Assembly (NCBI GenBank): GCA_964642015.1
Contig: CAZXLF010000001.1
Span: 181,541 to 245,540, forward strand
Origin: an uncultured Planctomycetia bacterium
GTDB taxonomy: Bacteria > Omnitrophota > Gorgyraeia > 2-02-FULL-51-18
Direction of reading: 5' to 3'
Length of the DNA: 64,000 bases
Shown: positions 9,818 through 19,615 of the stretch, one piece after another
Layout of the letters: the number at the start of each line of letters is the position of its first letter
How positions within the stretch are numbered: the first letter of the stretch is position 1
Program-made: the position numbers and the translations under genes
The notes under the pieces: model-generated
Told to the model about the DNA's origin: nothing
Seen by the model: only the letters and a program-made list of their open reading frames with translations
Databases searched by the model: none

Positions 9818-11361
9818 ATCAGATCAAAAGAGCATTGGTCAGTGTTTACGATAAGACAGGCTTGATCCCATTTGCCAAAACACTCCATAGCCTCGGAGTA
9901 GAGATCCTGTCGACAGGCGGGACAGCCGAAGCGTTGAAAAAAGCCGGTGTGCCGGTAGAAGAAGTCTCTTCGGTGACGAAATTTCCTGAGATGTTGAACG
10001 GCCGGGTAAAAACGCTGCATCCGAATATTCATGCGGGATTGCTTGCGATGCGGGAAAGCCATGACCACATGAAAACCCTCAGCAAGCACCGCATTAAGCC
10101 AATCGATCTTTTGGTAGTTAACCTGTACCCGTTCTGGGACGCGGTCAAAACAAAAACTGATCCTCAGGAGATCATCGAGATGATCGATATCGGCGGGCCG
10201 GCGATGTTGAGAAGCGCCGCCAAGAATTTCAAGTCCGTCGCGGTGATTTCGGACCCCAGGGATTACGAATCGGTCAGTCAGGAGCTTAAAAAAAATGATC
10301 TGCGCTTGGGCGAGCCGCAGCTTAAGACGCTGGCCGCAAAAGTGTTTAAGCTGACCTCGTATTACGACGGGTTGATCCATCGTTATTTTGAGGGAAAAGT
10401 TTCGGCAAAAGAAGCGTTGCCAGAGCGCCTTACTTTGGATTTTGAAAAACTGAATGATCTCCGCTACGGCGAGAATCCGCACCAAAAAGGCGCTTTATAT
10501 GCGGAGAAAGGCGTTAAAAATGGAGGGGTTGTCAGGGCCAAGCAGCTGCATGGCAAGGAACTTTCGTTCAATAATATTTTGGACTTGGATGCGGCGCTTG
10601 AAATGGCCGAAGCTTTTGAAGGGCATGCTTGCTCGATCATCAAACACACGAGTCCATGCGGTTTTGCGCTCGGCCGGGATGCCAGAACCGCTTTCAAAAG
10701 CGCTTATCAGTGTGACCCGCTTTCCGCTTTTGGGTCGATTGTAGCTTTCAATACATTGGTTGATGATAAAGCAGCCCAGGAAATTCTGAACAGCGGTTTT
10801 ATCGAATGCGTTATCGCGCATGGATTTTCAAAAAAAGCGCTTGAGCTTTTGAAGGTGAAGAAGAATATGCGGCTTTTGTCTGTTGAAGCGTCGCATGAGC
10901 CTGAGTCATTGGATTTTAAAAAGGTAAGCGGCGGACTTTTGCTTCAGGAACGCGATGTCAAAGACCCTTCGGCTTCCGGTTTGCAGTGCGTTACGAAGTT
11001 AAAACCAAAGGATTCTCAGATCGAGGATCTTCTTTTTGCGTTCAAAGTATGCCGCTACGTGAAATCCAACGCGATCGTTATCGCAAAGAACAAAGTAACG
11101 CTTGGTTTGGGCATGGGACAGCCTTCGCGGGTCGATGCCTGTGAAACTGCGTTCAAAAAGGCCGGGAGACGTGCGAGAGGCGCAGTACTGGCTTCCGACG
11201 GGTTTTTTCCGAAACCGGACTCGATCAAGCTTGCTAAAAAATTCGGCATCAGCGCTATTATCCAACCCGGCGGTTCTATTCAGGACGAGGCGATCATTCG
11301 TGCCTGTGACCAGGCCAAGATCAGCATGGTCTTCACCGGAGTCCGTCATTTCAAGCATTAA
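9814..11361 (+). CDS. purH: bifunctional AICAR transformylase / IMP cyclohydrolase
   Basis: N-terminal MGS-like domain (ALVSVYDKTGL..ILSTGGTA) and an AICARFT domain. 515 aa. Confidence 0.9.
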   Translation: MNQIKRALVSVYDKTGLIPFAKTLHSLGVEILSTGGTAEALKKAGVPVEEVSSVTKFPEMLNGRVKTLHPNIHAGLLAMRESHDHMKTLSKHRIKPIDLLVVNLYPFWDAVKTKTDPQEIIEMIDIGGPAMLRSAAKNFKSVAVISDPRDYESVSQELKKNDLRLGEPQLKTLAAKVFKLTSYYDGLIHRYFEGKVSAKEALPERLTLDFEKLNDLRYGENPHQKGALYAEKGVKNGGVVRAKQLHGKELSFNNILDLDAALEMAEAFEGHACSIIKHTSPCGFALGRDARTAFKSAYQCDPLSAFGSIVAFNTLVDDKAAQEILNSGFIECVIAHGFSKKALELLKVKKNMRLLSVEASHEPESLDFKKVSGGLLLQERDVKDPSASGLQCVTKLKPKDSQIEDLLFAFKVCRYVKSNAIVIAKNKVTLGLGMGQPSRVDACETAFKKAGRRARGAVLASDGFFPKPDSIKLAKKFGISAIIQPGGSIQDEAIIRACDQAKISMVFTGVRHFKH

Positions 11362-11381
11362 AAGATAAAGAGTCTCCCGCC

Positions 11382-12692
11382 ATGAATTATGAAGACGCGG
11401 TCGAATTCCTTGATTCATTCATCAATCACGAAAGATCCGTCTCATCGAAGTATCCGGAGAATTTCAAGCTTGATCGCATGCGCCAGCTCGCGAAAGAGAT
11501 CGGCAATCCTCAGAATTCATACGAGAACATCATCATCGCCGGCTCTAAAGGCAAAGGGTCGACGTCAGCGATCTTAAGCTCGATATTGCGGATGGATAAT
11601 TTTCGTGTGGGCCTTTATATATCACCGCATCTTATATCGGTCAGAGAGCGCATTCAAGTCAACGGCCTTATGATCAGCGAGGCGCGCTTCACGGACATTA
11701 TTTATTTGCTGAAGAAGGTGCTTGAAGAGCCTTATTGGAGGCGTAACCCGCCGACTTATTTTGAGCTGATCACAGCCGCTGCGTTCTATCATTTTAAAGA
11801 ATTGAAAGTTCATGTAGCTGTGCTGGAAGTAGGATTGGGTGGGATGTTTGATTCGACGAATGTCGCCAGTGCAAAAGTCGTAGGGATCGCGCCGATCAGC
11901 TTGGAACATACGGATAAACTCGGAAAAACACTTTCAAAGATCGCCGTGCAGAAATGCGGTATTATAAAAGGCAGAGAGGTCGTGGTTTCGGCCCCTCAAG
12001 CAGCTGAGGCGGAAGCGGTGATACAGAAAACAGCGGATGAAAAAGAAGCGCGCTTAGTGCGAGTTGGTAAAGAGATCCGCATTTTTGAAAGAGAACACAG
12101 CGAGGATAGCCAAAGTTTTGATCTCAAGTCGGATTTCGGGAATTATTATGATCTGGAGATTAAGCTTCTCGGTCGTCATCAGATCGATAATGCGGCGGTC
12201 GCGGTTGGATTGGCCAAAGCGCTTGAGTCTAAGACCCGGCTTAAGATCAGCGACAGCGCGGTCCGCCAAGGGGTTTTAGATGCTAGATGGCCCGGGCGCC
12301 TTGAGAAAATTGCAAACAACCCGATCGTGATCTTGGACGGCGCGCAAAATCCGGAAAGCGCTAAAAAATTGATGGATGCGGTGAAACGCCATTTTCACTT
12401 TGAGAAATTATTTTTAGTGCTTGGTATATCCAGTGATAAAGATCTAGATGGAATTTTGGCTGAATTGATGCCGGAGACAAATTCCTTGATAGCCACCCAA
12501 TCAAATAATATCCGGGCTCTTCCAACATCCATCATTGCCGAACATGCCAAAGAATTCGGCAAGCACGTGATTGCGGAGGAAACGGCATTATCAGCTCTTA
12601 ACAAAGCAAAGGAGTTAGCCGGGAAGAATGACCTGATCCTAGTTGCTGGCTCGCTATTTTTAGTCGGGGAGATCAAACAACAAAATGCTTAA
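11382..12692 (+). CDS. folC: bifunctional folylpolyglutamate synthase / dihydrofolate synthase
   Basis: Mur-ligase P-loop (IIIAGSKGKGST) and 436 aa, in a folate context. Confidence 0.85.
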   Translation: MNYEDAVEFLDSFINHERSVSSKYPENFKLDRMRQLAKEIGNPQNSYENIIIAGSKGKGSTSAILSSILRMDNFRVGLYISPHLISVRERIQVNGLMISEARFTDIIYLLKKVLEEPYWRRNPPTYFELITAAAFYHFKELKVHVAVLEVGLGGMFDSTNVASAKVVGIAPISLEHTDKLGKTLSKIAVQKCGIIKGREVVVSAPQAAEAEAVIQKTADEKEARLVRVGKEIRIFEREHSEDSQSFDLKSDFGNYYDLEIKLLGRHQIDNAAVAVGLAKALESKTRLKISDSAVRQGVLDARWPGRLEKIANNPIVILDGAQNPESAKKLMDAVKRHFHFEKLFLVLGISSDKDLDGILAELMPETNSLIATQSNNIRALPTSIIAEHAKEFGKHVIAEETALSALNKAKELAGKNDLILVAGSLFLVGEIKQQNA

Positions 12693-14085
12693 AGAGTTCG
12701 ACCAGGATACGATCGCGGCGATCTCGACCCCGCTTGGATATGGCGGTATAGGCGTTATTCGCCTAAGTGGACCGAATGCGATTTTTATCGCTGACCAAGT
12801 GTTTCAAGCGTCCAGCGGAAAACTTGTCAAGGAACAGGCAAGTTTTAGCGCGCAACATGGATATGTCGTTAAAAACAGATCAAACAACGCTGAAAAAGTC
12901 GACGAAGTCATTGTTCTGCTGATGCGGGCGCCGAAGAGCTATACCTGCGAGGATGTTGTTGAGATCAGCGCGCACGGCGGGAGCGCTGTATTGAAAGCGA
13001 TCCTTGATCTATTGATAGAGCATGGCGCACGTCTTGCGGCGAAAGGCGAATTCACGAAACGCGCGTTCTTGAACGGACGCATCGATCTTTTGCAGGCCGA
13101 AGCGGTGCTTGATCTTGTGAAAGCTGATACCGAACTTGGTCGTAAGTGGGCGACTTCGCAACTGGGAGGTTTTTTGTCTCGGGAGATGAAAACAGTAAAG
13201 GATAAGTTAGTGAATATTTTAAGCTATCTTGAAGCGCTTATTGATTTTCCCGAGGATCATATCGAAGAAAAACCGTTCGCTCAAGTAATGGAACAATTTA
13301 ATGAGACGGAAAAAAAACTTTTGGATCTTTTGTCGACAGCATCAACTGGTTTCAGGGTTAAACAAGGTTTCAAAATAGTGATAGCCGGGCGTCCGAATGT
13401 CGGTAAATCAAGTCTGATGAACCGGCTGGTAAAAGATAATCGGGTGATCGTCACGCCTTTTGCCGGTACCACGCGCGATGCAGTGGAAGAGCAGATCCAG
13501 ATCCAAGGGTTTCCGGTGCGTATTGTTGACACGGCGGGCATTCAGGAGACGGCCCATCCGATAGAAAAAGAAGGCATAGAGAGGTCAAAGGCGGCTGTTT
13601 TAAGTTCCGATGCGGTTTTGTATGTAGTGGATTCCAGTCAGACAGAAAATAATGAAGATGAAGAACTTTTTAAAGATCTTGCGGATAAACGAAGAATTTT
13701 AATCCTCAATAAGAGCGATCTTTCTCAGAAATTAAGTCCGGAACGTGTGTTGCGCTGGGCCCTCAATACTAGAATTATAAAAACATCTTGTTTGAATGAT
13801 CAGGGAATTAGAGAGTTAGAAAATGAAATAGTTAGCTTGGTAACGGGAGATAGTCCTGGGGTATCCGAAAGTTCAGTCATTACTTCGGTCAGACAGAAAG
13901 ACTTGTTAGACAAATCATTACAGTGTGTCAAGGCATCAAAGGCCGCTTTTTTATCTCAGTTATCTCCCGAGCTTGTCGCTGTTGAAGTGCGTTCAGCTTT
14001 GGATCATCTGGGTATGTTGGTTGGTGAAGTAGTTACTGATGATGTTCTGGACGTGCTGTTCAATCAATTCTGTATCGGTAAGTAA
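12685..14085 (+). CDS. mnmE: tRNA uridine-5-carboxymethylaminomethyl modification GTPase
   Basis: N-terminal TIAAISTPLG..GIGVIRLSG, G-domain motifs (GRPNVGKSS; DTAG), and the C-terminal CIGK tetrapeptide. Confidence 0.9.
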   Translation: MLKEFDQDTIAAISTPLGYGGIGVIRLSGPNAIFIADQVFQASSGKLVKEQASFSAQHGYVVKNRSNNAEKVDEVIVLLMRAPKSYTCEDVVEISAHGGSAVLKAILDLLIEHGARLAAKGEFTKRAFLNGRIDLLQAEAVLDLVKADTELGRKWATSQLGGFLSREMKTVKDKLVNILSYLEALIDFPEDHIEEKPFAQVMEQFNETEKKLLDLLSTASTGFRVKQGFKIVIAGRPNVGKSSLMNRLVKDNRVIVTPFAGTTRDAVEEQIQIQGFPVRIVDTAGIQETAHPIEKEGIERSKAAVLSSDAVLYVVDSSQTENNEDEELFKDLADKRRILILNKSDLSQKLSPERVLRWALNTRIIKTSCLNDQGIRELENEIVSLVTGDSPGVSESSVITSVRQKDLLDKSLQCVKASKAAFLSQLSPELVAVEVRSALDHLGMLVGEVVTDDVLDVLFNQFCIGK

Positions 14086-14097
14086 GTCTGCAAAATT

Positions 14098-14126
14098 CTT
14101 GCAGAGTTGTCCTTTAATCTATATAA
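14098..14126 (+). promoter_or_regulatory. candidate sigma70-type promoter (TTGCAG - 17 bp - TATAAT)
   Basis: Hexamers and spacer read directly from the sequence, upstream of the PAP2-family gene. Confidence 0.3.
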
Positions 14127-14159
14127 TAACGCCATTATTATAAAAGAGTTATAAAAATA

Positions 14160-14624
14160 ATGGTGCTTGATCATTCGGATTCAATCTTAGCCCAATGGTA
14201 CCGAAATAGGGTTTTTTTTGTCGGTTTTTGGTCGTGGGCAATAGCCCAGACGATCAAAGTGATCTTGGGTATCATGAGGGAGAAACGGTTTAATTTCAGA
14301 TGGTTCGTCGGTTCCGGCGGAATGCCTAGCTCCCATGCGGCGTTGGCGACCGGCTTAACCACCTCTATTGGTTTGTATCACGGTTTTGATTCCGGTCTTT
14401 TTGCGATGGCCTTTGCGTTCATGGTGATCACGATGTTCGATGCGCAGGGAGTAAGACGCCAGAGCGGTCACCAAGCGGAGGCACTGAACAAGATCATAGA
14501 CGACCTCTATGCGCATCGGGATGTTGGAGAAGACCGTTTGAAGGAGCTTTTTGGACATACACCTGTCCAGGTTTTTGCCGGCGGACTGGTAGGTATCGTG
14601 ATCGCACTTCTTTTTTACCGTTAG
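14160..14624 (+). CDS. divergent PAP2 family protein (DUF212, acid-phosphatase-like membrane protein)
   Basis: The PSSHAA motif and ~150 aa size are characteristic of the divergent PAP2 family. Confidence 0.65.
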   Translation: MVLDHSDSILAQWYRNRVFFVGFWSWAIAQTIKVILGIMREKRFNFRWFVGSGGMPSSHAALATGLTTSIGLYHGFDSGLFAMAFAFMVITMFDAQGVRRQSGHQAEALNKIIDDLYAHRDVGEDRLKELFGHTPVQVFAGGLVGIVIALLFYR

Positions 14625-14632
14625 AGGATTTT

Positions 14633-15415
14633 TTGAACAAAAAAACGATCATTGCGTTTTTCTTAGGATTTGTTACCGCCGGCACTGTTTTTGGGGCGCT
14701 CAGTGTGGTTCGACATTCGACACGTCATGCTGATACTCCGGCCCCTCAAATATTGGAACCGGCAATATCAGATAAGACGCCAACGTCGATCCCAAAGGCA
14801 GCTGCCCCGGCTTCACAGTTTCAGATAGAAGAGATCCGCCAGCCATCAGAAACAGCCGCTTTTAAGGCGTTTCTTTCCCCGAATATTGATGGTCATTCTC
14901 TGACCCATGAGGTCAGGTCAGGCGATACATTGACGAGTATTTCAAGAAAGTACCATGTCACACTGGATCTGATCCGAAGGATCAATCGTATCGATGAAGA
15001 CAAACTCATCCTTGGTTCTAAGTTAAAGATCCCCACCTATAAATTGAGTGTTGTAGTCGATAAGTCTCAGAACACGCTGATCTTGAAAGGCGACGAAGAT
15101 GTGCTTAAAACTTATGTTGTTTCTACCGGCGTGAATAATTCCACGCCAGTCGGTGTTTTTAAGATCACTGACAAATTGATCCATCCGACATGGTACAAGC
15201 CCGGTGGTAAGGCCATACCGTATGGTGATCCGAGAAATCTCTTGGGCACTCGATGGATGGGTATCAGTAAAAAAGGTTACGGCATCCACGGCACTCTGGA
15301 ACCCGAAAAACTCGGTCAACAGGTGACGGATGGTTGCGTGAGAATGAGAAATGAAGAAGTGGAGGAACTCTATGGATTTCTTATACCAGGCACTGAAGTC
15401 ACCATTGTGGACTAG
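14633..15415 (+). CDS. LysM domain-containing L,D-transpeptidase (YkuD family)
   Basis: LysM (HEVRSGDTLTSISRKYHV) plus the YkuD catalytic HG...GC motif (GIHGT...DGCVRM). Confidence 0.8.
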   Translation: MNKKTIIAFFLGFVTAGTVFGALSVVRHSTRHADTPAPQILEPAISDKTPTSIPKAAAPASQFQIEEIRQPSETAAFKAFLSPNIDGHSLTHEVRSGDTLTSISRKYHVTLDLIRRINRIDEDKLILGSKLKIPTYKLSVVVDKSQNTLILKGDEDVLKTYVVSTGVNNSTPVGVFKITDKLIHPTWYKPGGKAIPYGDPRNLLGTRWMGISKKGYGIHGTLEPEKLGQQVTDGCVRMRNEEVEELYGFLIPGTEVTIVD

Positions 15416-15421
15416 AAGCCA

Positions 15422-16465
15422 ATGATATCGACGCTGGAATTTGAGAAGCCGATCGTTGAACTCGAAAAGAAGATCTCGGAGCTTAGGAATTTGAGTTCCG
15501 ACGGCAATCTTAATCTTCAATCGGAAGTGAAAAAGCTTGAAGCGCGTCTGGCTCATGTAAAAAAAGAAACTTATGCCCAGCTTACGCCCTGGCAACGCGT
15601 GCAGATCGCCCGGCACCCCAAGCGTCCCTATACCTTAGACTACATTCAGATGATCTTTACCGATTTTGTCGAGCTGCATGGTGATCGGACATTTGCAGAT
15701 GACAAAGCACTTGTCGGAGGTTTGGCTAAACTTGATGGCGAGTCATTCGTGGTGATGGGTCACCAGAAGGGTCGCGACGCCAAAGAGAATATCATGAGGA
15801 ATTTTGGCAGCGCTCATCCGGAAGGTTACCGTAAGGCACTGCGGCTTATGAAAATGGCCGAAAAATTTTCAATGCCGATAGCAGTTTTTATAGATACTCC
15901 GGGCGCGTATCCGGGAGTCGGCGCGGAGGAGAGAGGTCAGGCTTACACGATCGCGTACAACATCCGTGAAATGGCCAGAGTCCGCGTACCGATTATTGTA
16001 TTTGTGATCGGAGAAGGCGGCTCAGGCGGTGCTCTAGGTATCGGTGTCGGCGACAGAGTGGTTGTGCTAGAAAATTCTTATTATTCGGTCATTTCACCAG
16101 AGGGTTGTGCTGCGATCCTGTGGAAAGACAGGACCAAGGCGCCTGAAGCCGCGGCTGCTTTGAGGTTGACCGCCAAAGATCTTTTAGAGATGAAGCTGAT
16201 CGATGAAGTCATTAAGGAGCCGCTTGGCGGAGCGCATACAAATCCCGAATTTACCGCCGAACAGATCGGATTTTCTCTTAGAAAATACATCAAAGAGCTT
16301 AGAAGCATTTCGAAGAACACTTTAATTGAAGATCGATACGAAAAATTTAGACGCATGGGTATTTTTGAGGAATTGATCAATGCTCAGGCGGTACAAAAAA
16401 TTCAACAGAAACATGAAAAAAAGCATTACGAAAAAAGAGTTTCAAGTACCCAGCGTTCTGTCTGA
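15422..16465 (+). CDS. accA: acetyl-CoA carboxylase carboxyltransferase subunit alpha
   Basis: N-terminal LEFEKPIVELE..., the FIDTPGAYPG motif, and ~320-350 aa. Confidence 0.9.
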   Translation: MISTLEFEKPIVELEKKISELRNLSSDGNLNLQSEVKKLEARLAHVKKETYAQLTPWQRVQIARHPKRPYTLDYIQMIFTDFVELHGDRTFADDKALVGGLAKLDGESFVVMGHQKGRDAKENIMRNFGSAHPEGYRKALRLMKMAEKFSMPIAVFIDTPGAYPGVGAEERGQAYTIAYNIREMARVRVPIIVFVIGEGGSGGALGIGVGDRVVVLENSYYSVISPEGCAAILWKDRTKAPEAAAALRLTAKDLLEMKLIDEVIKEPLGGAHTNPEFTAEQIGFSLRKYIKELRSISKNTLIEDRYEKFRRMGIFEELINAQAVQKIQQKHEKKHYEKRVSSTQRSV

Positions 16466-16847
16466 AGTCCAGAAAGCCAGCGAGAAAGTGCTAGGATTCT
16501 TAAGGCCTCTAGCGTTGAGCGAAGCGTTTCTGTTTGACATCCGGCTTTGCCTCGAGGAAGCACTGATTAACGCGATGAAGTACGGCAATAAATTAAGAGA
16601 AGATCTGGCCGTGCGTCTAGAAGCTGAGTACGATCAGGATGAGGTCCGTATCCGTGTGGAAGATCAGGGCGAAGGTTTTGAGCCCGGAAGTCTTCGAAGG
16701 TGTACGGAAGGTGAAAATCTTTTGAGGAACAGCGGTAGAGGAGTTTATCTGATCCATCAGTTGATGGACAAAGTGGTTTATAGCCCAAAAGGCAATAGTG
16801 TGTTGATGGTGAAATTTTTAAGAAAAGCGCAGGCATCTCCCAATTGA
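16413..16847 (+). CDS. anti-sigma regulatory factor / serine-protein kinase (RsbW/SpoIIAB-like, HATPase_c_2)
   Basis: EEALINAMKYGN and VRIRVEDQGEGF match GHKL-type anti-sigma kinases. The ORF overlaps the accA 3' end, so the start is uncertain (internal ATG 16413 is used). Confidence 0.6.
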   Translation: MKKSITKKEFQVPSVLSEVQKASEKVLGFLRPLALSEAFLFDIRLCLEEALINAMKYGNKLREDLAVRLEAEYDQDEVRIRVEDQGEGFEPGSLRRCTEGENLLRNSGRGVYLIHQLMDKVVYSPKGNSVLMVKFLRKAQASPN

Positions 16848-16886
16848 TATTTTGAGTCGTAGGCGGTTTCACAAAGAGGAGGATTT

Positions 16887-17213
16887 ATGAATATTAAATC
16901 GTATGAACAGGATGGTGTCGCTGTTTTTCAAGTGAACGGCGAGATCAATATCAGCACATCTCCTGAATTGCGCAAGCTATTTGAGAAAGAACAAAAAAAG
17001 AAGATCGTGATCGATTTTGAGAAAGTAACCTATATTGACAGCTCAGGTCTTGCGACGTTGGTCGAAGTGCTGAAGAAGACCAAAACCCAGGGCGGGTCAT
17101 TAGGGCTTGCTTCGATGTCTGACAAGGTCAAAAGCCTTTTTGAGATCACTAAACTCGACAAGCTATTTTCTATCTTTCAAAACCAAAACGATGCGGTGAA
17201 CAGCGTTAAATAA
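16887..17213 (+). CDS. STAS-domain anti-sigma factor antagonist (RsbV/SpoIIAA-like)
   Basis: 108 aa. YIDSSGLATLVEV with the conserved phosphorylatable Ser context. GAGGAGG RBS. Confidence 0.8.
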   Translation: MNIKSYEQDGVAVFQVNGEINISTSPELRKLFEKEQKKKIVIDFEKVTYIDSSGLATLVEVLKKTKTQGGSLGLASMSDKVKSLFEITKLDKLFSIFQNQNDAVNSVK

Positions 17214-17225
17214 TTTCCTAAAATC

Positions 17226-18017
17226 ATGTTACTCGAGTCTATCGGCCGCGCAACGAATTCTTTTTTTAAGCAGTTCAAAGAAGTGCTGGTTCTTCTGTGC
17301 CAGGCGGTCTATTGGTGCGTGGTGGGTCCTTTCAGGAAGAAGCCTGTTTCAAGGAAGAACCTATTTGCACAAACGGTTTTTTCGGGAATTGATTCACTGA
17401 TCATTGTGTTTTTTGTGAATTTTTTTATCGGGATCGTTCTGGCGATGCAATCCGCATATCAATTGGAGCAATTGGGCGCATCGATCTATGTGGCAGCGCT
17501 GGTTGGTGTGTCCATGACCCGTGAGATCGGGCCGGTTCTCACGTCGCTGGTCATCGCGGGCCGCGTGGGCGCTGCGATCACCGCGCAGATCTCGACGATG
17601 AAAGTTACCGAGCAGGTCGAAGCGCTTGAAACGATAAGCTTGAACCCGGTGCGCTATCTTGTGGCGCCGCGTTTTTTGGCGCTTTTGCTCATGCTGCCAT
17701 GCCTTGTGATTTTAGGTGATATTATCGGCATGATCGGAGGGTACTTCGTTGGCATATACAATTTAGGTTTGAGCTCAGGACTTTATATCGATACAACGAT
17801 CCAGTTTTTGACCGTGAAAGATATCAATACGGGTCTTTTTAAAAGTGCGGTTTTTTCCGTGATTATTTCAATGATCGCGTGTTATCAGGGTCTTTCAACC
17901 GAGGGCGGCGCTGAAGGTGTCGGCCGGGCCACGACGAAAAGCGTCGTGACAGCATTTATTTTGATCATCATCGCCGACGCGATATTAACGGCGGTTTTCT
18001 ATTTTGCGAAAACTTAA
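17226..18017 (+). CDS. mlaE: MlaE family ABC transporter permease
   Basis: 263 aa multi-TM permease with a MlaE-like layout, immediately upstream of an ABC ATPase and an MCE protein. Confidence 0.8.
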   Translation: MLLESIGRATNSFFKQFKEVLVLLCQAVYWCVVGPFRKKPVSRKNLFAQTVFSGIDSLIIVFFVNFFIGIVLAMQSAYQLEQLGASIYVAALVGVSMTREIGPVLTSLVIAGRVGAAITAQISTMKVTEQVEALETISLNPVRYLVAPRFLALLLMLPCLVILGDIIGMIGGYFVGIYNLGLSSGLYIDTTIQFLTVKDINTGLFKSAVFSVIISMIACYQGLSTEGGAEGVGRATTKSVVTAFILIIIADAILTAVFYFAKT

Positions 18018-18845
18018 ATGACAACGACCCATCATCATAATAAAGAAGTCGTGATCAGCGTTAAGAGCCTCGTGAAGAATTTCGGCGCGCGCAGAATCCT
18101 GAATGATATCAGTCTGGATATTTACCAAGGAGAGACGCTCGTGATCATGGGCGGCTCCGGCTGCGGGAAGAGTACTTTTTTGAGGCATCTGATCGGTTCG
18201 ATACGGCCGGATTCGGGTGAAGTGTGGATGTTCGGGAAAGATATTGCCAAAGCCAGCGATGAGGAAATGGATGAGATCCGCAAGAAGTTTGGAATGCTTT
18301 TCCAATCGGGTGCGTTGTTTGATTCCATGAATGTGGCGGATAATATTGCGTTGCCTCTGAGAGAGCATGCTAAACTGGATGAGAACATCGTCGGCATTAT
18401 CGTTAAGATGAAACTTGAGCTTGTGGGGCTTCGAGGATTCGAAAATTTGATGCCATCCCAACTTTCCGGCGGTATGAAAAAAAGAGTAGGACTTGCACGC
18501 GCAATCGTGATGGATCCCAAGATAGTTTTTTATGATGAACCGACCGCGGGACTTGATCCGGTGATGACCGGAGTGGTCGACAAACTTACGATCGATCTTA
18601 CCAAGAAACTCCAGATCACATCGGTCGTCGTAACCCATGACATGAACAGCGTTTTTCGAATTGCGGACAGGGTTGTTATGCTGCATCAAGGAAATATCAT
18701 GCAGATCGGGACACCCGAAGAGATACAGAATTCCAAGAATCCTTATGTGAGGCAATTTATATCGGGCGATGCGGAAGGGCCGATTTCATTTGTTCAACAG
18801 GGCGATGACTATTTGGAGCATCTGACATCTGAGATCAAGGAATAA
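18018..18845 (+). CDS. mlaF: ABC transporter ATP-binding protein (MlaF-like)
   Basis: Walker A (GGSGCGKST), signature LSGGMKKRVGLAR, and Walker B (VFYDEPTAGLD). Confidence 0.85.
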   Translation: MTTTHHHNKEVVISVKSLVKNFGARRILNDISLDIYQGETLVIMGGSGCGKSTFLRHLIGSIRPDSGEVWMFGKDIAKASDEEMDEIRKKFGMLFQSGALFDSMNVADNIALPLREHAKLDENIVGIIVKMKLELVGLRGFENLMPSQLSGGMKKRVGLARAIVMDPKIVFYDEPTAGLDPVMTGVVDKLTIDLTKKLQITSVVVTHDMNSVFRIADRVVMLHQGNIMQIGTPEEIQNSKNPYVRQFISGDAEGPISFVQQGDDYLEHLTSEIKE

Positions 18846-18877
18846 TAAAATAAGATCATTATCGGAGGCTTAGCGGA

Positions 18878-19582
18878 ATGAAAATTAAAGTGACGAATGA
18901 AGCGAAAACGGGGATCCTGGTGCTGGTGTGTCTGGCGGTATTCGGTGCGCTGATCCTGAAAGTCGGCAATTTTTCATTATTTCAGCATGGATACACCGTG
19001 AAATGTCAGCTTCATTATACGGCAGGCGTCAAGAAGCATGCTCCGGTGCGCCTGTCAGGCGTTGATGTCGGTGAAGTGCAGGATATCCGGATCCTTTATG
19101 ATGATCAGACGACGATTGAGCTGATCCTCTGGCTCCGTGAAGGCGTAAAACTCCGTTTGGATTCCAAGGCTTACGTAACAACTTTGGGCCTGATGGGTGA
19201 GAAATATATCGAAATAAAAGCCGGTACTACCGCCGCCCAATATGCTAAACCAGGAGATCTGATCCCGGGGCAGGATCCTGTCCGGCTTGAAGATCTTATC
19301 GAGACAGCGACCAAGGTGGCCAATGATATCGGCCAGATGGCTAAAGACATTAGCAAAGTGGCCAGTCACGTGGATACGGCGATACAGGACAACAAGCCGA
19401 AGCTTGACCATATCTTCACGAATCTTGAAGATACATCAGAGAATTTCAAGGATTTCAGCCAGGATATTAAATTCCATCCATGGAAGGTCTTGGTGAAGGG
19501 CAAAGAAAAGACAAGAGAAGAAATGGATGAAGAAGACGCCAAACAAAAAGAAGAGCGCGCTAAAAAGCGATCTCGCTCCTAG
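18878..19582 (+). CDS. mlaD: MlaD family / MCE-domain protein
   Basis: N-terminal TM anchor followed by an MCE-fold region, completing mlaEFD. Confidence 0.75.
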   Translation: MKIKVTNEAKTGILVLVCLAVFGALILKVGNFSLFQHGYTVKCQLHYTAGVKKHAPVRLSGVDVGEVQDIRILYDDQTTIELILWLREGVKLRLDSKAYVTTLGLMGEKYIEIKAGTTAAQYAKPGDLIPGQDPVRLEDLIETATKVANDIGQMAKDISKVASHVDTAIQDNKPKLDHIFTNLEDTSENFKDFSQDIKFHPWKVLVKGKEKTREEMDEEDAKQKEERAKKRSRS

Positions 19583-19615
19583 TGGTCAGAAAGACCGCAA
19601 AGGTCATAGCACCTT

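Noticed and set aside
14090-14110. Hairpin TCTGCAA-aattc-TTGCAGA after mnmE as a terminator
   Set aside because: There is no downstream T-run. The 3' half overlaps the candidate -35 hexamer (TTGCAG) of the next gene, so it is more likely part of a promoter or operator.
17985-18755. 256-aa - strand ORF antisense to mlaF (and similar long antisense ORFs at 9790-10485 in purH, 15023-15616 in the transpeptidase/accA, 33023-33457 in leuS, 35944-36372 in comEC, 38063-38512 in the protease gene, 61859-62278 in the ligase gene)
   Set aside because: Each lies entirely within a confidently assigned gene on the opposite strand. Their translations lack domain signatures.
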